The translations under genes were made by a program, and so were the position numbers. 64,000 nt of DNA from positions 224,001-288,000 of the forward strand of contig CAWDOY010000003.1 of assembly GCA_963803975.1 (NCBI GenBank), written 5' to 3'. Shown here one piece after another: positions 13,284-25,388 of the stretch. The notes under the pieces were generated by a model, which was given only the letters and a program-made list of their open reading frames with translations, searched no databases and was not told the DNA's origin. This stretch comes from an uncultured delta proteobacterium (lineage in GTDB: Bacteria; Desulfobacterota; WTBG01; CAIYCZ01). Each line of letters opens with the position of its first letter. The stretch's first letter is position 1.

Positions 13284-13437
13284 GGCGTTTAGGTTTAAGG
13301 CCAGTTTATTTCAGATTCAGGATGTGCTAAATAATAAATTTCCTCATTTACATAAGACTGATTAATTCTTGTTTCTTATCATAACTAATGCTAATTTAAC
13401 AACGAATGAAAATATTGTTTAATCATGTAATTATTAT

Positions 13438-14398
13438 ATGAACATATTAGTTTTAGGCGCAGGTGCAATCGGCTCGGTATTCGGGGGATTTCTTGCCAAA
13501 GCAGGGTCACCATGTGTGTCTCATAGCCCGGCATTCACACCTTGAAGCTATTAAAGAAAGAGGTCTTTTGATAGAAGGCATATGGGGAGAGCACGTAGTA
13601 GACAACTATAGCGGGGTATGAAAGTTTATCTGCTGTTAAGGAAAAAGAGAATCATAAGCTTTGACGTGATCCTTTTGACGGTAAAATCCTATGATACAGA
13701 GCCAATGCTTAAGGCATTGACTGCTTGCTTTCCTGACCCGCCGCCCATTGTCTCGCTGCAGAACGGACTGGGGAATATTGAGAACATAGAAACATATGCC
13801 GGAAGAGAAAAAACTATCGGCGGGCGGGTAATTTTTGGCGTGGAGTTTATAGAGCCCGGAAGAGTCAAGGTGACCGTATCAGCAGATAAAACCATGCTTG
13901 GCGGCCTGCCCGGAGGAATTGAAAGGGCGTTTGTTGAGAACTTTGCTCAGATGCTGACTGCTGCCGGTATACCGGCGGAGGCGACGGATTCGATAGAAAA
14001 ATATATTTGGGGCAAGGTTCTGTATAACTGCGCGTTGAACGGCCTTGCCACGGTTATGAAGGTGCATTACGGTGCATTGCTTGCGCATGAGGGGTCCCGG
14101 GAAATCATGCGTCAGATAGTTGACGGAGATATTCACGGTCATCAGGGCTAAGTCCATTGAACTCGACTGGAAGACCCCTGATGAATACACCGAGCAGCTG
14201 TTCTCAAAACTCATACCGCTTACCTTTGACCACCATCCTTCAATGCTGCAGGATATACTGCGGCATAAAAGAACTGAGATAGATGCCCTCAACGGGGCAG
14301 TAGTACAAAAGGGCATGGAAAGGGACATTGACCTGCCCTATAACTGGGCAATAACAAAGCTTATAAAAGCACGGGAAGCGCTGAACTGCCAGCCATGA
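13438..14398 (+). CDS. panE: 2-dehydropantoate 2-reductase (several frameshifts)
   Basis: MNILVLGAGAIGS read manually from 13438; TVKSYD, SLQNGLGN, WGKVLYN, SMLQDI..RTEIDALNG. Confidence 0.88.
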
Positions 14399-14407
14399 GC
14401 AACGCAC

Positions 14408-15308
14408 ATGAAACAAAAGTCTGATGAGCTTTTAGACCGCTTCTATAATTATCTGGCCGTAGAACGGAGGCTGTGCGGCAAACACCCTGGAATCATATGG
14501 CAGAGATCTTAAAAAATATTTAGTTTTTCTTGAATCAAAAAGCGCCAGGACCGTTATCACCAGCACCCGCCATGACCTGCTTTCATTTCTAAATCACGAA
14601 AAAAAACACGGACTTTCTTCCCGCTCTCGAGCGCGGGCACTCTCATGCATAAAAACATTTTTTAAGTTTCTGGTTCAGGATGGCATACTGAAAAGAAACC
14701 CAATGCAGGATGTGGAAACCCCGCGGCTGGAAAAGAAGCTTCCCAATGTCTTGAGTTTAGCAGAAGTTGAAGCACTGATTAATGCGCCTGACACGAAAAC
14801 AGGGCTTGGATTAAGAGACCGTGCACTCTTTGAGCTGTTATATGCCGCCGGACTCAGGGTTTCTGAACTAATGTCTCTTACGGTTAATGCTCTTAATGTC
14901 GAAGCTGGTTTTATACTCGTCATGGGCAAGGGCTCAAAAGAGCGGGTCATTCCGGTCGGAGAAGAAGCTCTGAAATGGATAAAACAGTATGTGCTGGAAG
15001 CACGGCAAAAAATATTGCGCAACAGAACAAGCCGGTATCTCTTTACTAACCGCTCCGGGGCACGGATGAGCAGGCAGGGATTCTGGAAGCTGATAAAAAA
15101 ATATTGCTTGAAAATCGGCATTGTAAGGAAAATATCGCCACACACAGTGCGGCACTCATTTGCCAGCCATCTGCTTGCAGGCGGAGCCGATCTTCGCTCA
15201 GTACAAACAATGCTCGGGCATGAGGATATCTCAACCACACAAATTTACACCCACGTTGAAAAGGAACGGCTTAAAACCATACATGATAAATACCATCCAC
15301 GGGGGTAG
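14408..15308 (+). CDS. xerD: Site-specific tyrosine recombinase XerD (frameshift near 14480)
   Basis: YLAVERR N-terminus; RDRALFELLYAAGLRVSEL, GKGSKER, HTVRHSFASH, LGHEDISTTQIYTHV, HPRG. Confidence 0.95.
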
Positions 15309-15317
15309 TGTATAAAT

Positions 15318-15614
15318 TAAGGTTAAGGTTTAAGGTTTGGAGTTTAAGGTTCAAGGTTTAAATAATAATCTGGAACTCAAGAAATCAGGAAAATAATGTT
15401 TTAACCTTTGTGAGTTCCTGCCAGCGATGAGCTCAGTCGAATCGAGTTTCAAATTCAATCTTCTTTGTTTCTTTTTTAGTCTTTGCGGTTACCATTGGTT
15501 CCAGCTTGTACGGGTTCGATTAGCAGGCTGATAGAATATTTGCGCAAGTCAAATATCAAGGGAATAAAGTATAAATAACCTGTAAAATTAAACATTAAAC
15601 ACGAAACCTTAAAC
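15318..15614. repeat. Intergenic repeat cluster: inverted degenerate heptamer arrays enclosing a dispersed 24-bp repeat
   Basis: (AAGGTTT)-like units at 15319-15360, (AAACCTT)-like units at 15590-15614; 15493-15516 is a 22/24 reverse-complement match to 25354-25377. Confidence 0.55.
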
Positions 15615-15624
15615 TTTTTATTTA

Positions 15625-18252
15625 ATGGAAGTTATTACAACGCACATCAATGCTGATTTTGACGGCCTGGCATCTATGCTTGCAGCCAAGAAGCTGTATC
15701 CTGACGCGGTGCTTGCATTTCCGGGTGGTCAGGAAAAAAATCTTCGGGATTTTTTTCTGCGCTCAACCATGTATCTATTTCAGACTGAAAAAGTTAAAAA
15801 CATTCCGCTCAATAAGATACGGCGGCTGATCCTGGTAGACATCCGGCAGCCGCACCGCATCGGAAAATTTGCCGCGCTCTGCAACCGGGACGATGTCGAA
15901 GTTCATATCTATGACCATCATCCTGCTTCTCCGGAGGATATAACCGGAGCAGTAGAAAAGATAAAGCCGGTCGGTGCCACCTCAACCATACATGTGCCAG
16001 ATTCTACAGGAAAGGGGCATTGATATCACCCCTGATGAGGCGACTGTTCTCATGCTGGGTATATATGAGGACACGGGAAACCTTACCTTTGCCTCCACCA
16101 CTGCGGAAGATTTCCAGGCAGCCGCGTACCTCCTTGCTAAAGGTGCCAGACTCAACATGGTGTCTGATTTGATTACCCGGGAGCTCACTGCAGACCAGGT
16201 TTCGCTGCTCAATCAGCTGGTGGAAAATGCGACAATCAGGAATATTAACGGTATCCAGGTGATGTTTGCTACCGCATCATACAGCAGCTATGTGGGGGAA
16301 TTCTCGGTACTGGTCCATAGATTAAAAGATATGCAGAATGCCAATGTGCTGTTTGCTATTGCCAATATGGATGACAGAATCTACCTGGTAGCCAGAAGCC
16401 GCATTCCTGAAGTCAATGCCGGGGAGTTGTATCTGAATTCGGCGGGGGAGGGCATCCGACGGCAGCTGCAGCAACCATACACAACATGACCCTGTCCCAG
16501 GTGGAACAGAAACTGCTGGAAGTGCTGCATAGCAAAATCAAACCGGTGAAGACAGCAAGGGATTTTATGGCTTCACCGGTAAAGGTCATTGCGGCAGATG
16601 AAACAGTGCAGAAAGCCGGCGAGCTGCTGACACGATATAATATAAACGTGCTTCCTGTCGTGGACAGAGAGAAACTGGTGGGTCTCATTTCGCGGCAGAT
16701 CGTTGAAAAGGCATCTTTTCACGGATTAAAACAGGTATCGGTGAGTGATTTCATGACCACTGAATTTATTACGGTTGCGCCGCATACGCAGCTTTCCGCC
16801 ATTCAGCGCGCTATCATAGAGAACAATCAGCGTTTTCTTCCGGTGGTCAAAGGACGAACACTCGTTGGCGCTATCACCCGCACCGATCTGCTGCGGGTGC
16901 TCCATGTTGATGTCAGCCCTGACAGCCTTGAGATTGAACCATCGGCACACCCTTCACGGAAACGGATTATCAACGCCAGTTTACGGGAGCGGCTGACAAA
17001 ACCGCTGGTAGCACTTTTAAAAGATATTGGCCGGGTAGCCGACGATCTGGGATATAATGTGTATGCAGTGGGGGGCTTTGTGCGGGATGTTTTTCTCCGG
17101 TTTGAAAATTATGATATTGATATAGTGGTGGAAGGTGACGGTATCAAATTTGCCCGTGCCTTTGCAGCCGCACGCCATGGTAAGTTGAAAGAGCATAAAA
17201 GATTCGGCACTGCAGTTTTGCAGCTCCCCGAAGGGCTGAAAATTGATGTTGCATCAGCGCGGCTTGAGTACTATGAGCATCCGGCTGCTCAACCGCAGGT
17301 TGAGTGGAGCTCTATTAAACTTGATCTGTATAGAAGGGATTTCACCATCAATACGCTTGCTATCCAGCTTAATCAGTCTTCATGGGGCAGCCTCATCGAT
17401 TTTTTCGGCGCCAGCCGTGATATAAAGGAAAAGTTTATCCGTATTCTTCACAACCTGAGCTTTGTTGAAGACCCTACACGGATATTTCGCGCACTGCGTT
17501 TTGAGCAGCGATTTTCATTCCGCCTGAGCAAGCTTACCAGAAGCCTGATAGAAAATGCCATTAAGATGGACTTTTTGAAGAACCTGAGCGGCAAGCGTAT
17601 AGATACCGAGCTGCAGCTTATATTAAAGGAGGAAAAGGCGCTTTCCATTATACGGCGCATGGCGGAATTCGGGTTGCTTACCTATATTCACCCGGCAATT
17701 CAATATACGGCAGGAATGAAAGCCCTGCTCAAAAACTGCAAAGATGTATGGTCCTGGTTTAAACTGCTCTTTCTTGACGATACGTGCGAGCAGTGGCTGG
17801 TCTACTTTATCGGGCTTATTGACCAGCTGACCATCGCTGAAACAGAGTCCCTGTGCACGTCTTTCCATATACATAAAAATGAAGCGGGGAAAATAATGAG
17901 CGCAAAAACTCAGGGGCTTGAGGTATTGAACTGGATGCTCACCAAACGCTCATTTAAAAACAGCGAACTGTATCGACATCTCAATGGCCTGCCGGTTGAG
18001 GTATGCCTCTACCTGATGGCAAAAACAAATCAGCAGGCGGTTAAAAAGGCTGTTTCCCTCTATTTTACTCATTTGCAGAATTGCACCATACACGTAACCG
18101 GAGATGATCTCATCCGCATGGGAATAAAACCGGGAAAGATCTATACGCAGATACTGGATGATCTGCATAATGCCGTCCTTGATGAAAAAGTAGCGGGCAG
18201 AAAGAATGAGCTTGAATATATCAGAAAAAAATTCACCAAAGAGGTCGCATAA
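15625..18252 (+). CDS. DHH/DHHA1-CBS-tRNA nucleotidyltransferase (CCA- or A-adding type; two frameshifts)
   Basis: HINADFDG, YDHH, IYEDTG, CBS pair, VGGFVRD, DIDIVVEG, DLYRRDFTIN, SFVEDPTRIFRA. Confidence 0.9.
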
Positions 18253-18365
18253 CAGCGCTTTTTTGCTGAAGACAAAAGCATCCCTTTACTTTAGGATACG
18301 TTTGTATTAATAAAGATAACCTTTCCCAATGCATCTGCCATAAAGTTACAAACAGCATTAATATT

Positions 18366-19139
18366 ATGACCTACAAGGTAAAATTGGAAATATTTGAGGG
18401 TCCTCTCGATCTGCTGCTCTATCTTATAAGAAAGAATGAGATAGATATCTACGATATTCATATTATTACCATAACGCAGCAGTACCTGGAATATCTTGAC
18501 CTGATGAAGGCTCTCAACCTTGAAATTGCTGGAGAATTTCTGGTCATGGCGGCGACGCTTATGCATATCAAGTCAAGGTCCCTGCTGCCCAACCAGGACG
18601 ATGAAAGCGCTGAAGAGCAGGGGCCTGATCCCCTTGAGGAACTGCGCCGGCAGCTTATTGAATATCAGCAATACCGGGATGCCGCCCTCGTACTCAAAGA
18701 TAAAGAGATCCTTGAAAAAGATGTTTTCACCAGGAGCTATTTTGAAGAACGGAACTTAAAACTGGGCGACAGCGCTGAGCTGGGTGATCTCAGCCTTTTT
18801 GATCTGTTAAGCGCGCTGAAGACCGTCCTTAATAAAACCGGTAACAGCGAATCGCTCATGCAGTTGACTGCTGAGCAGATATCGGTAAAGGACAAGATTG
18901 CCTGGATTCTGGAAACGCTTAAGGATAAAAAATCGCTGACATTTGATTCCCTGTTCAAAGATCTGTGCAGCAAGATTGAGATTGTCAGCACCTTTCTTGC
19001 GCTGCTTGAATTAATACGCCTGCAGGCAGTAAAGGTATTACAGCAAACACTGTTCGGCACCATCCATATATATTCGATTGATGCCGGGGCTGATAACAGT
19101 GAAGCACTGGCAGCCACAGTCGATGAATCATACAGCTAA
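18366..19139 (+). CDS. scpA: Segregation and condensation protein A
   Basis: FEGPLDLLLYLI, EFLVMAATL, FLALLEL. Confidence 0.96.
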   Translation: MTYKVKLEIFEGPLDLLLYLIRKNEIDIYDIHIITITQQYLEYLDLMKALNLEIAGEFLVMAATLMHIKSRSLLPNQDDESAEEQGPDPLEELRRQLIEYQQYRDAALVLKDKEILEKDVFTRSYFEERNLKLGDSAELGDLSLFDLLSALKTVLNKTGNSESLMQLTAEQISVKDKIAWILETLKDKKSLTFDSLFKDLCSKIEIVSTFLALLELIRLQAVKVLQQTLFGTIHIYSIDAGADNSEALAATVDESYS

Positions 19140-19211
19140 GTCTTCGATTTATAAATTCGATGACGAATTTTAAATCAGTGAGTTGGAATTTGATTTTTAG
19201 CAAGGAGCACC

Positions 19212-19958
19212 ATGGATAGAACGGAGCTTAAACCGATAATAGAAGCCCTCATTTTTGCATCTGATACGCCCTTGACCGTTGAAAAGATCAAGCAGATTCT
19301 GGAGAACGTTACTAAAAAAGAGATTGATGAGACAATTGAAGAATTACAAAAGGAATACCAGGAGCAGAACCGCGGCTTCCAGATGAAAGAAGTGGCTAAT
19401 GGCTATCAGCTGCGCACCCAGACCGCCTTTTCCCCGTGGCTGAAAAGGCTTAAAAAGACAAAACCATTCCGCCTGACCCAGCCAACGCTTGAGTCCCTGG
19501 CAATTATTGCCTACCGGCAGCCGATTACCAGAATGGAGGTTGAGAAAATAAGAGGCGTTGACACCGGCGGCGTACTGAAAACATTACTGGATAAAAAGCT
19601 GATCAGTATTGTCGGTAAAAAAGATGTTCCGGGGAAACCATTCCTGTTCGCTACAACAAAAACATTCCTTGAGGTGTTCGGGCTTGAAAATCTTGCCAGC
19701 CTGCCAACCTTGAAAGATATTGATGATCTGGATACTGCTCATCTGCCGACACTGGTGCGGGAGTCAAACCTGAATGAAATAGATGAGGTCTTTCTGCCGG
19801 AGACTGATGATGCAGAGGAAGGGCAGGGTACCGGTGAGCCTGAGCCACGGATTGAAGATGATAAGCCGTCATTGCCTGTAGCCAATGACGAATCAGATCC
19901 TAAACTGCCGGAAGATGAGGAAGATGATCACACCTCATGCTGTGGACGGATGACCTGA
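19212..19958 (+). CDS. scpB: Segregation and condensation protein B with acidic C-terminal tail
   Basis: IEALIFAS, LESLAIIAYRQPITR, IRGVD, FLEVFGLENL. Confidence 0.96.
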   Translation: MDRTELKPIIEALIFASDTPLTVEKIKQILENVTKKEIDETIEELQKEYQEQNRGFQMKEVANGYQLRTQTAFSPWLKRLKKTKPFRLTQPTLESLAIIAYRQPITRMEVEKIRGVDTGGVLKTLLDKKLISIVGKKDVPGKPFLFATTKTFLEVFGLENLASLPTLKDIDDLDTAHLPTLVRESNLNEIDEVFLPETDDAEEGQGTGEPEPRIEDDKPSLPVANDESDPKLPEDEEDDHTSCCGRMT

Positions 19959-20692
19959 TGAAAATACGTCTGCAAAAAATATTGTCACAGGCCGGGATTG
20001 CGTCACGCAGAAAGGCAGAGGAACTGATTCAGGAAGGGGCAATCCGCGTTAACGGTGTGGTGGTAAAGGAGATGGGCACAAAAGCAGATCCTCTGCGTGA
20101 CTGCATTGAAGTAGCAGGAAAGGTAATCCCGGAGCCTCAAAAAAAAGTCTATGTCATGTTACATAAGCCAAAGGGCTACGTAACAACGCTCCGCGATCCT
20201 GAAGGCCGGCCCACGGTTATTGATCTGGTTAATACCATAACGGAGCGGCTCTACCCGGTAGGGCGGCTTGATTATGATACGGAAGGACTGCTGGTACTCA
20301 CTAATGACGGTGACTGTGCCCAGGCGCTGCAGCATCCGCGCCACAATGTCGCACGCACCTATCTGGTTAAAGTACGGGGGCGGGCTCCTGAAACAGTATT
20401 GAGCCGGCTGCAAAGGGGGATTACTATTGATGGGGTTAAGACCGGCAAGGCCCGGATCACTGTTCACCGGGTATTAGGAAAAAACTCCTGGCTGCAGATG
20501 GCAATCTGGGAGGGGAAAAACCGCCAGATAAAAAATATGTTTGCAGCGGTAGGGTATCCGGTTATGAGAATCCTGAGAATTGGCTTCGGGCCGCTGCAAC
20601 TTGACCAGAATCTGGAGCCGGGCGAATACCGGAATTTACGTAAAGATGAAATAAAGCTTCTCATGAAGCTTATGGAACCATCTCCAGATTGA
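19958..20692 (+). CDS. rluB: Pseudouridine synthase RluB/RsuA family
   Basis: S4 domain RLQKILSQAGIASRRKAE; PVGRLDYDTEGLL; EGKNRQIK. Confidence 0.9.
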   Translation: MKIRLQKILSQAGIASRRKAEELIQEGAIRVNGVVVKEMGTKADPLRDCIEVAGKVIPEPQKKVYVMLHKPKGYVTTLRDPEGRPTVIDLVNTITERLYPVGRLDYDTEGLLVLTNDGDCAQALQHPRHNVARTYLVKVRGRAPETVLSRLQRGITIDGVKTGKARITVHRVLGKNSWLQMAIWEGKNRQIKNMFAAVGYPVMRILRIGFGPLQLDQNLEPGEYRNLRKDEIKLLMKLMEPSPD

Positions 20693-22060
20693 GATAGTAC
20701 CCGTACGGCCCCCGTTGAATGAGAACCAGAATAGTTTCCCGCTGCGCATTGCGGGCTATGTTCTTCTTAAAATCTTCCATGTTCTTAATCTCGTTTTCAT
20801 TTATCTGCAGCATGATGTCTCCGGGTTTCAGACCCCGCTGCTCAGCCTGTCCATTATCCTGCGTACTTTTAATGACTACTCCCTGGTCGGCATAAAGACC
20901 GTATTTTTTCGCGACAGCAGCATTATTTTCCATGACCGCTATCCCCAGCACCTTCCAGCATACCTCATCAACCAGAGAGACAGGAAAAGCTATGGCCTTG
21001 ATGGCATACTCTTTCTGGCTACTGTCTCTGAAGACGGACAGTGCAATGGTATTATCTGCTGTGTAGGAATAGAGCATGGTGGCGAACGATTCCTTTGATT
21101 TGACCGGCTGTTGGTCAATGGCAGTAATGATATCACCGCGTCTTGAGTCCCGCTTGATAAGCAGGGCTCGCAGGAAGGACGGTTGTTATCATGACGCCAT
21201 GTTTACCCGGATAGCTGAACTGCTGAGCAATCTTTCTACTCAAATTCTGTACATATATGCCCAGCCACGGGGAGCGGACTTCTCCATAGCGCAGCAAATC
21301 GTTTATAATTCGCTTAGCGGTATTTACCGGGATGGCAAAGCCAATTCCCTGTGCTTCTCCATATATCGCCGTATTAATACCGATCAGCTCGCCTTTAATA
21401 TTCAGTAACGGGCCGCCGCTGTTGCCGGGATTAATGGAAGCATCAGTTTGAATAAAATTTTCATACCGTTCGTCGTCCTTTTTTATTGAGCGGTGAAGAG
21501 CGCTTACAACACCGGTGGTCACGGTATTAGAAAGTCCAAAGGGGTTGCCGATTGCAATGACGGTTTCACCGATCAGCAAGTTGTCGGAATCTCCGATTTT
21601 AACGCAAGGAAAAGGCTGGTTTGATTTTATCTTCAGGATTGCCAAATCGGATTTAGGATCTGAGCCGATTAAAAGGGCGTCATATTCTTTTTCATCCAGT
21701 GTCGCAACCTTGATGGTTGAGGAATTCTGAACTACATGCCAGTTTGTTATAAGGTAACCATTTTCGTCTATGATCACGCCCGAGCCCAGGCTGGTCCTGA
21801 ATTGATTTGTTCTCATACCGCGGTTCTGTAAAATCATCAAAAAACCTGTCGAAGTAGGGGTCTCCGGTATAACCGGTGAATGGGTTAACTCTCTCTTTTA
21901 CTTTTTCATAGGTGCTTACGTTTACCACAGCAGCTTTTGTTTCCTGGACAGCTTTCACCACCGGGGTTATTCTGATATCTTCACCATAAACACTGCCACA
22001 CGAAAAAATGAGCGCAAGTATAGCGAATAGGGCACCATAGAACCTGAAACTTGATTTCAT
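20670..22060 (-). CDS. HtrA/Do family serine protease with PDZ domains (two frameshifts)
   Basis: Signal peptide, SLGSGVII, TNWHVV, QTDASINPGNSGGPL, PDZ segments over three ORFs. Confidence 0.9.
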
Positions 22061-22271
22061 GTCAGAAAGCACCTTAGCAATAGCAATTAGTTAACATAAT
22101 ATATATTATCAGACATTATATAAAAACACTATGAACTGGAAACCTTCAGAGCATTTCTCATGTATTCGCTCAGCAAACGAAAAGAAAGCCCTTTCACATG
22201 CCTCTCATAAAGCTCTGAGGTAAAAGATATAACCACTTGAATTAAATTATTAGATAAATGCAGATAAACTA

Positions 22272-22308
22272 AAGGCACGGCTTTATATTATCAGATGTGC
22301 CGTGCCTT
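22272..22308. terminator. Hairpin downstream of ABC substrate-binding gene
   Basis: AAGGCACGGC...GCCGTGCCTT inverted repeat. Confidence 0.55.
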
Positions 22309-22331
22309 ATAGTTTAAAATATTTATAGCTG

Positions 22332-23480
22332 TTAATCAATCAATTTCCACTTACCGTCCTTCACGGTAATCATAACCATTGAATCAACACCCAGACCACA
22401 GTGGTCGGTTGGAGACATATTATAAATGCCGCTTATGCTCACAAAGCCCTTCGTATTCTCAATACCATCGCGCACTTTCTCTGGCAGTGTGCTGCCTGAT
22501 TTTTTCATGGCATTTACCACCAGCATGATGGCATCCCAGGCATAACCTGAGTGCGTGCTGACCTTGCCGTATTTTTTTACATTCTCATACTCATTTACAA
22601 ATTCCTGAATTAATTTTTTCTGCGGATCAGTGTCGGAAAGCTGATCAGGTACCATCAATTTAGTGGAAGGCATCATGGTTCCTTCTGCAGCACTGCCGGC
22701 GAGCTCAAGATATTTCGGATCAGGAAGACCATGGCACTGAATAAGGGGTATCTTGAAATCAAGCTGCTTGACATTTTTTGCTACAATAGAGCCTGGCGGC
22801 CCTATGGTCCAGCAGATCAGGGCCTGCGCGTCAGCTCCCTTAAGCTTGGTGAGCTGTACCGTCATGTCTGAATCAGTAATATCAAATTTCTCCTGAGCGA
22901 CTATCGTGATGCCGTATTTCTCAGAAAGCGCTTTTAATGATTTTTCACCTTCTTCGCCAAATTTGTCAGATGCAGTGATAAGAGCAACCTTTTTTATGCC
23001 CTGTTTCTGCAGATACTGATACACCTTTTCAACAGCTGTTATTGTTTTTTGCGGCGACTTAAATACCCATTTTCGGACCGGGTTAACCGGGGGAGTGCCG
23101 CCAACACAGGCAACAGTAGGAATACCGGCCTTGTCAACAATGTTTAAGATAGCCATTGCGCTTTCAGTCCTGGTCGGGCCAATAAGAGCAACAACCTTCT
23201 CTTTTTCAATTAACCGTTTCGCCTGCAGGGCAGCCTTGCCGGCATCACTTTCAGAATCGCCGAAGACCAGCAGTATCGGGCTGCCGTTGACCCCGCCTTC
23301 TTTATTGATCCTTTCAACAGCCATCTCTGCAACATGCTTAGACGGTGTTCCAATGTGTCCTGCCGGCCCTGACAGATCAAACAGGCAGCCGATCTTTATG
23401 GGTTCAGCAGCATTTGCATAGCCACCTACAGTAATTATAGATAGCGCAATAAGCAGTACAATAAATCCCCTCATCTTCAT
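22332..23480 (-). CDS. Branched-chain amino acid-type ABC substrate-binding protein
   Basis: Signal peptide, IKIGCLFDLSGP, INKEGGVNG, AWDA; Peripla_BP_6-like. Confidence 0.9.
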   Translation of the reverse strand: MKMRGFIVLLIALSIITVGGYANAAEPIKIGCLFDLSGPAGHIGTPSKHVAEMAVERINKEGGVNGSPILLVFGDSESDAGKAALQAKRLIEKEKVVALIGPTRTESAMAILNIVDKAGIPTVACVGGTPPVNPVRKWVFKSPQKTITAVEKVYQYLQKQGIKKVALITASDKFGEEGEKSLKALSEKYGITIVAQEKFDITDSDMTVQLTKLKGADAQALICWTIGPPGSIVAKNVKQLDFKIPLIQCHGLPDPKYLELAGSAAEGTMMPSTKLMVPDQLSDTDPQKKLIQEFVNEYENVKKYGKVSTHSGYAWDAIMLVVNAMKKSGSTLPEKVRDGIENTKGFVSISGIYNMSPTDHCGLGVDSMVMITVKDGKWKLID

Positions 23481-23574
23481 AATTCCCTCCCCTGGTGTGT
23501 TACATTGAGAGAAGGGCAAAGTACCGTGATTAATTAATGCATACGGTACCCCGCCCTGCCCTGTTTATTTTACG

Positions 23575-24507
23575 TTAAAAATGAAGGACCAGGTCCGCAG
23601 TGTAGCGGTCATCCATTAATCCGTCATTCGGGTTAGTTAGAGGTAATTCATAGGCAAAGCCAAAATCCAGATTTTTAAAAACACCTGCCTGCTCAAATAT
23701 CCGGTAGCGGAAGCCGGCTGCCATGGTAACAAAATTGCGGTGATCAAGGCCATGCTGTCGATCCCAGGTTGATGACATCGCCGCCCTCAAATTTGGCAAT
23801 GCTTGCTACCAGTTCTTCCCTGCCAGCCTGCCGCGCGACACAGAAATGGTTCAGCTCAATGAGCGGAAAGAACCGCGGCGTGAGCGCATAGCTGACATGG
23901 TAGCTCTGATAAATTTCCATGCTTTCCTGTTTTGCATTAAACGGGATAATCATCCCCAGGGTTCCCATAAACTGCCATTTATCATAGCCTTTAAGAAACG
24001 TTACGGACGGGGCTGCGTTACCATCTCCATTGCCCTGAAAGACATCTCTGGCTGCCCTGTGAAAATTCAAAGAGCATTTTTCCTGAAACGATAAATTCTT
24101 CCTGCGGGCAATAATACAGGGCATACTTAAACCCGGCAGCTATGTCTCCCCAGCCGCTGGCATGCCCAAGAGTATGTTCTGGCTTGAAATCAATATACCC
24201 GTCTTTAGCAGCAATAAGTGAAAACTTCTCGTTAAACGCGTAGGTTGCTCTGACAGCCGTCAAATTTAAATGCCCGTTAAGAGGGACCCGTCCCAGCTTG
24301 GTGCTGATCCGTTTCGGCAAGGTTCTGATAGCCGTTTACTACATGAACATAGGACCTGTTCTGCGCCTCATCAAAATAGACTGGATTGGTAACCGGTTTA
24401 ATAAAGCGGGCAAACGGGTCTTCAGCGGCGGTGCAGATTCCGCTGGAGAACACAATGGCAGTTATTGTAAGCAGTAATATCGGTAATTTCAGTAGCATTC
24501 CTTTCAT
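23575..24507 (-). CDS. Hypothetical exported protein, possibly outer-membrane beta-barrel (about three frameshifts)
   Basis: Four overlapping ORFs join: signal peptide, PVTNPVYFDE, KDGYIDF, GWGDIAAGFKY, alternating strands, C-terminal ...DLVLHF. Confidence 0.6.
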
Positions 24508-24606
24508 TCGTACCCCTTTCTTTGTTGATTAGCTCATGACAATAGGTTTTAGTTTAAACTGTGCATTACTGGCTGTTATCACCTCCCTGCGCTTATAAAT
24601 TTCAAA

Positions 24607-25329
24607 TCATAGACCCCGGGTCTTTCCCAGATAGGCTCTTTGAATCTCCTTGTTTTCAAGCAGCTCCTCGCGTGAACCCTGAAGCACTATTTTGCCCGTT
24701 TCCAGAACGTAGCCGCGATCGGCGATAGAAAGCGCCATTTTAGCGTTCTGCTCCACCAGCAGAATAGTGGTCCCCTTCTCTCTCAGCTTTTCAATCTTAT
24801 TGAATATCTCTTTTACCATCAGCGGCGACAGGCCCATAGATGGTTCATCGAGCAGAAGCAGCTGCGGTGCTGCCATGAGAGCCCGCCCGATGGCAAGCAT
24901 CTGCTGCTCTCCGCCGCTTAAGGTACCTGCCATCTGATTTTTTCTGTCCTTGAGGGCCGGGAATAGATCAAAAATATCATGCAGGTCTTCCTGAAACTCC
25001 GTATCCGCTCGCATAATGCGCTGATATGCGCCAAGCAGTAAATTGTCCATAACCGAAAGCGTGCCGAAGATCTGCCGTCCCTCAGGCACCAGTGAGATAC
25101 CGTGTGCTACAATTTTTGAAGGCTGCCAGGAAGCTATTTTTTTGCCGCGAAACAGTATGGCACCTGTTTTTTCAGGCAGCAAACCCAATATGGTTTTAAG
25201 CAGGGTTGTTTTCCCAGCGCCGTTGGCGCCAATTAATACGACAATCTCCTGTTCTTTAACATGCAGCGAGACATTTTTAAGCGCCTGGATGTGGCCGTAA
25301 AATGTGTTAATATTTATAATACGAATCAC
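24607..25329 (-). CDS. livF: ABC ATP-binding protein, LivF-like
   Basis: GANGAGKTT, VPEGRQIF, LSGGEQQMLAIGR, DEPSMGL. Confidence 0.92.
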   Translation of the reverse strand: MIRIININTFYGHIQALKNVSLHVKEQEIVVLIGANGAGKTTLLKTILGLLPEKTGAILFRGKKIASWQPSKIVAHGISLVPEGRQIFGTLSVMDNLLLGAYQRIMRADTEFQEDLHDIFDLFPALKDRKNQMAGTLSGGEQQMLAIGRALMAAPQLLLLDEPSMGLSPLMVKEIFNKIEKLREKGTTILLVEQNAKMALSIADRGYVLETGKIVLQGSREELLENKEIQRAYLGKTRGL

Positions 25330-25388
25330 GATATTTCAACTAAAATATAACGTAACCCGGACAAGCCGGAACCAATGTTAAGAGACTA

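Noticed and set aside
14408..15308. Recombinase as a mobile-element integrase
   Set aside because: XerD signature (TTQIYTHV, HPRG) and core context before scpAB indicate the housekeeping enzyme.
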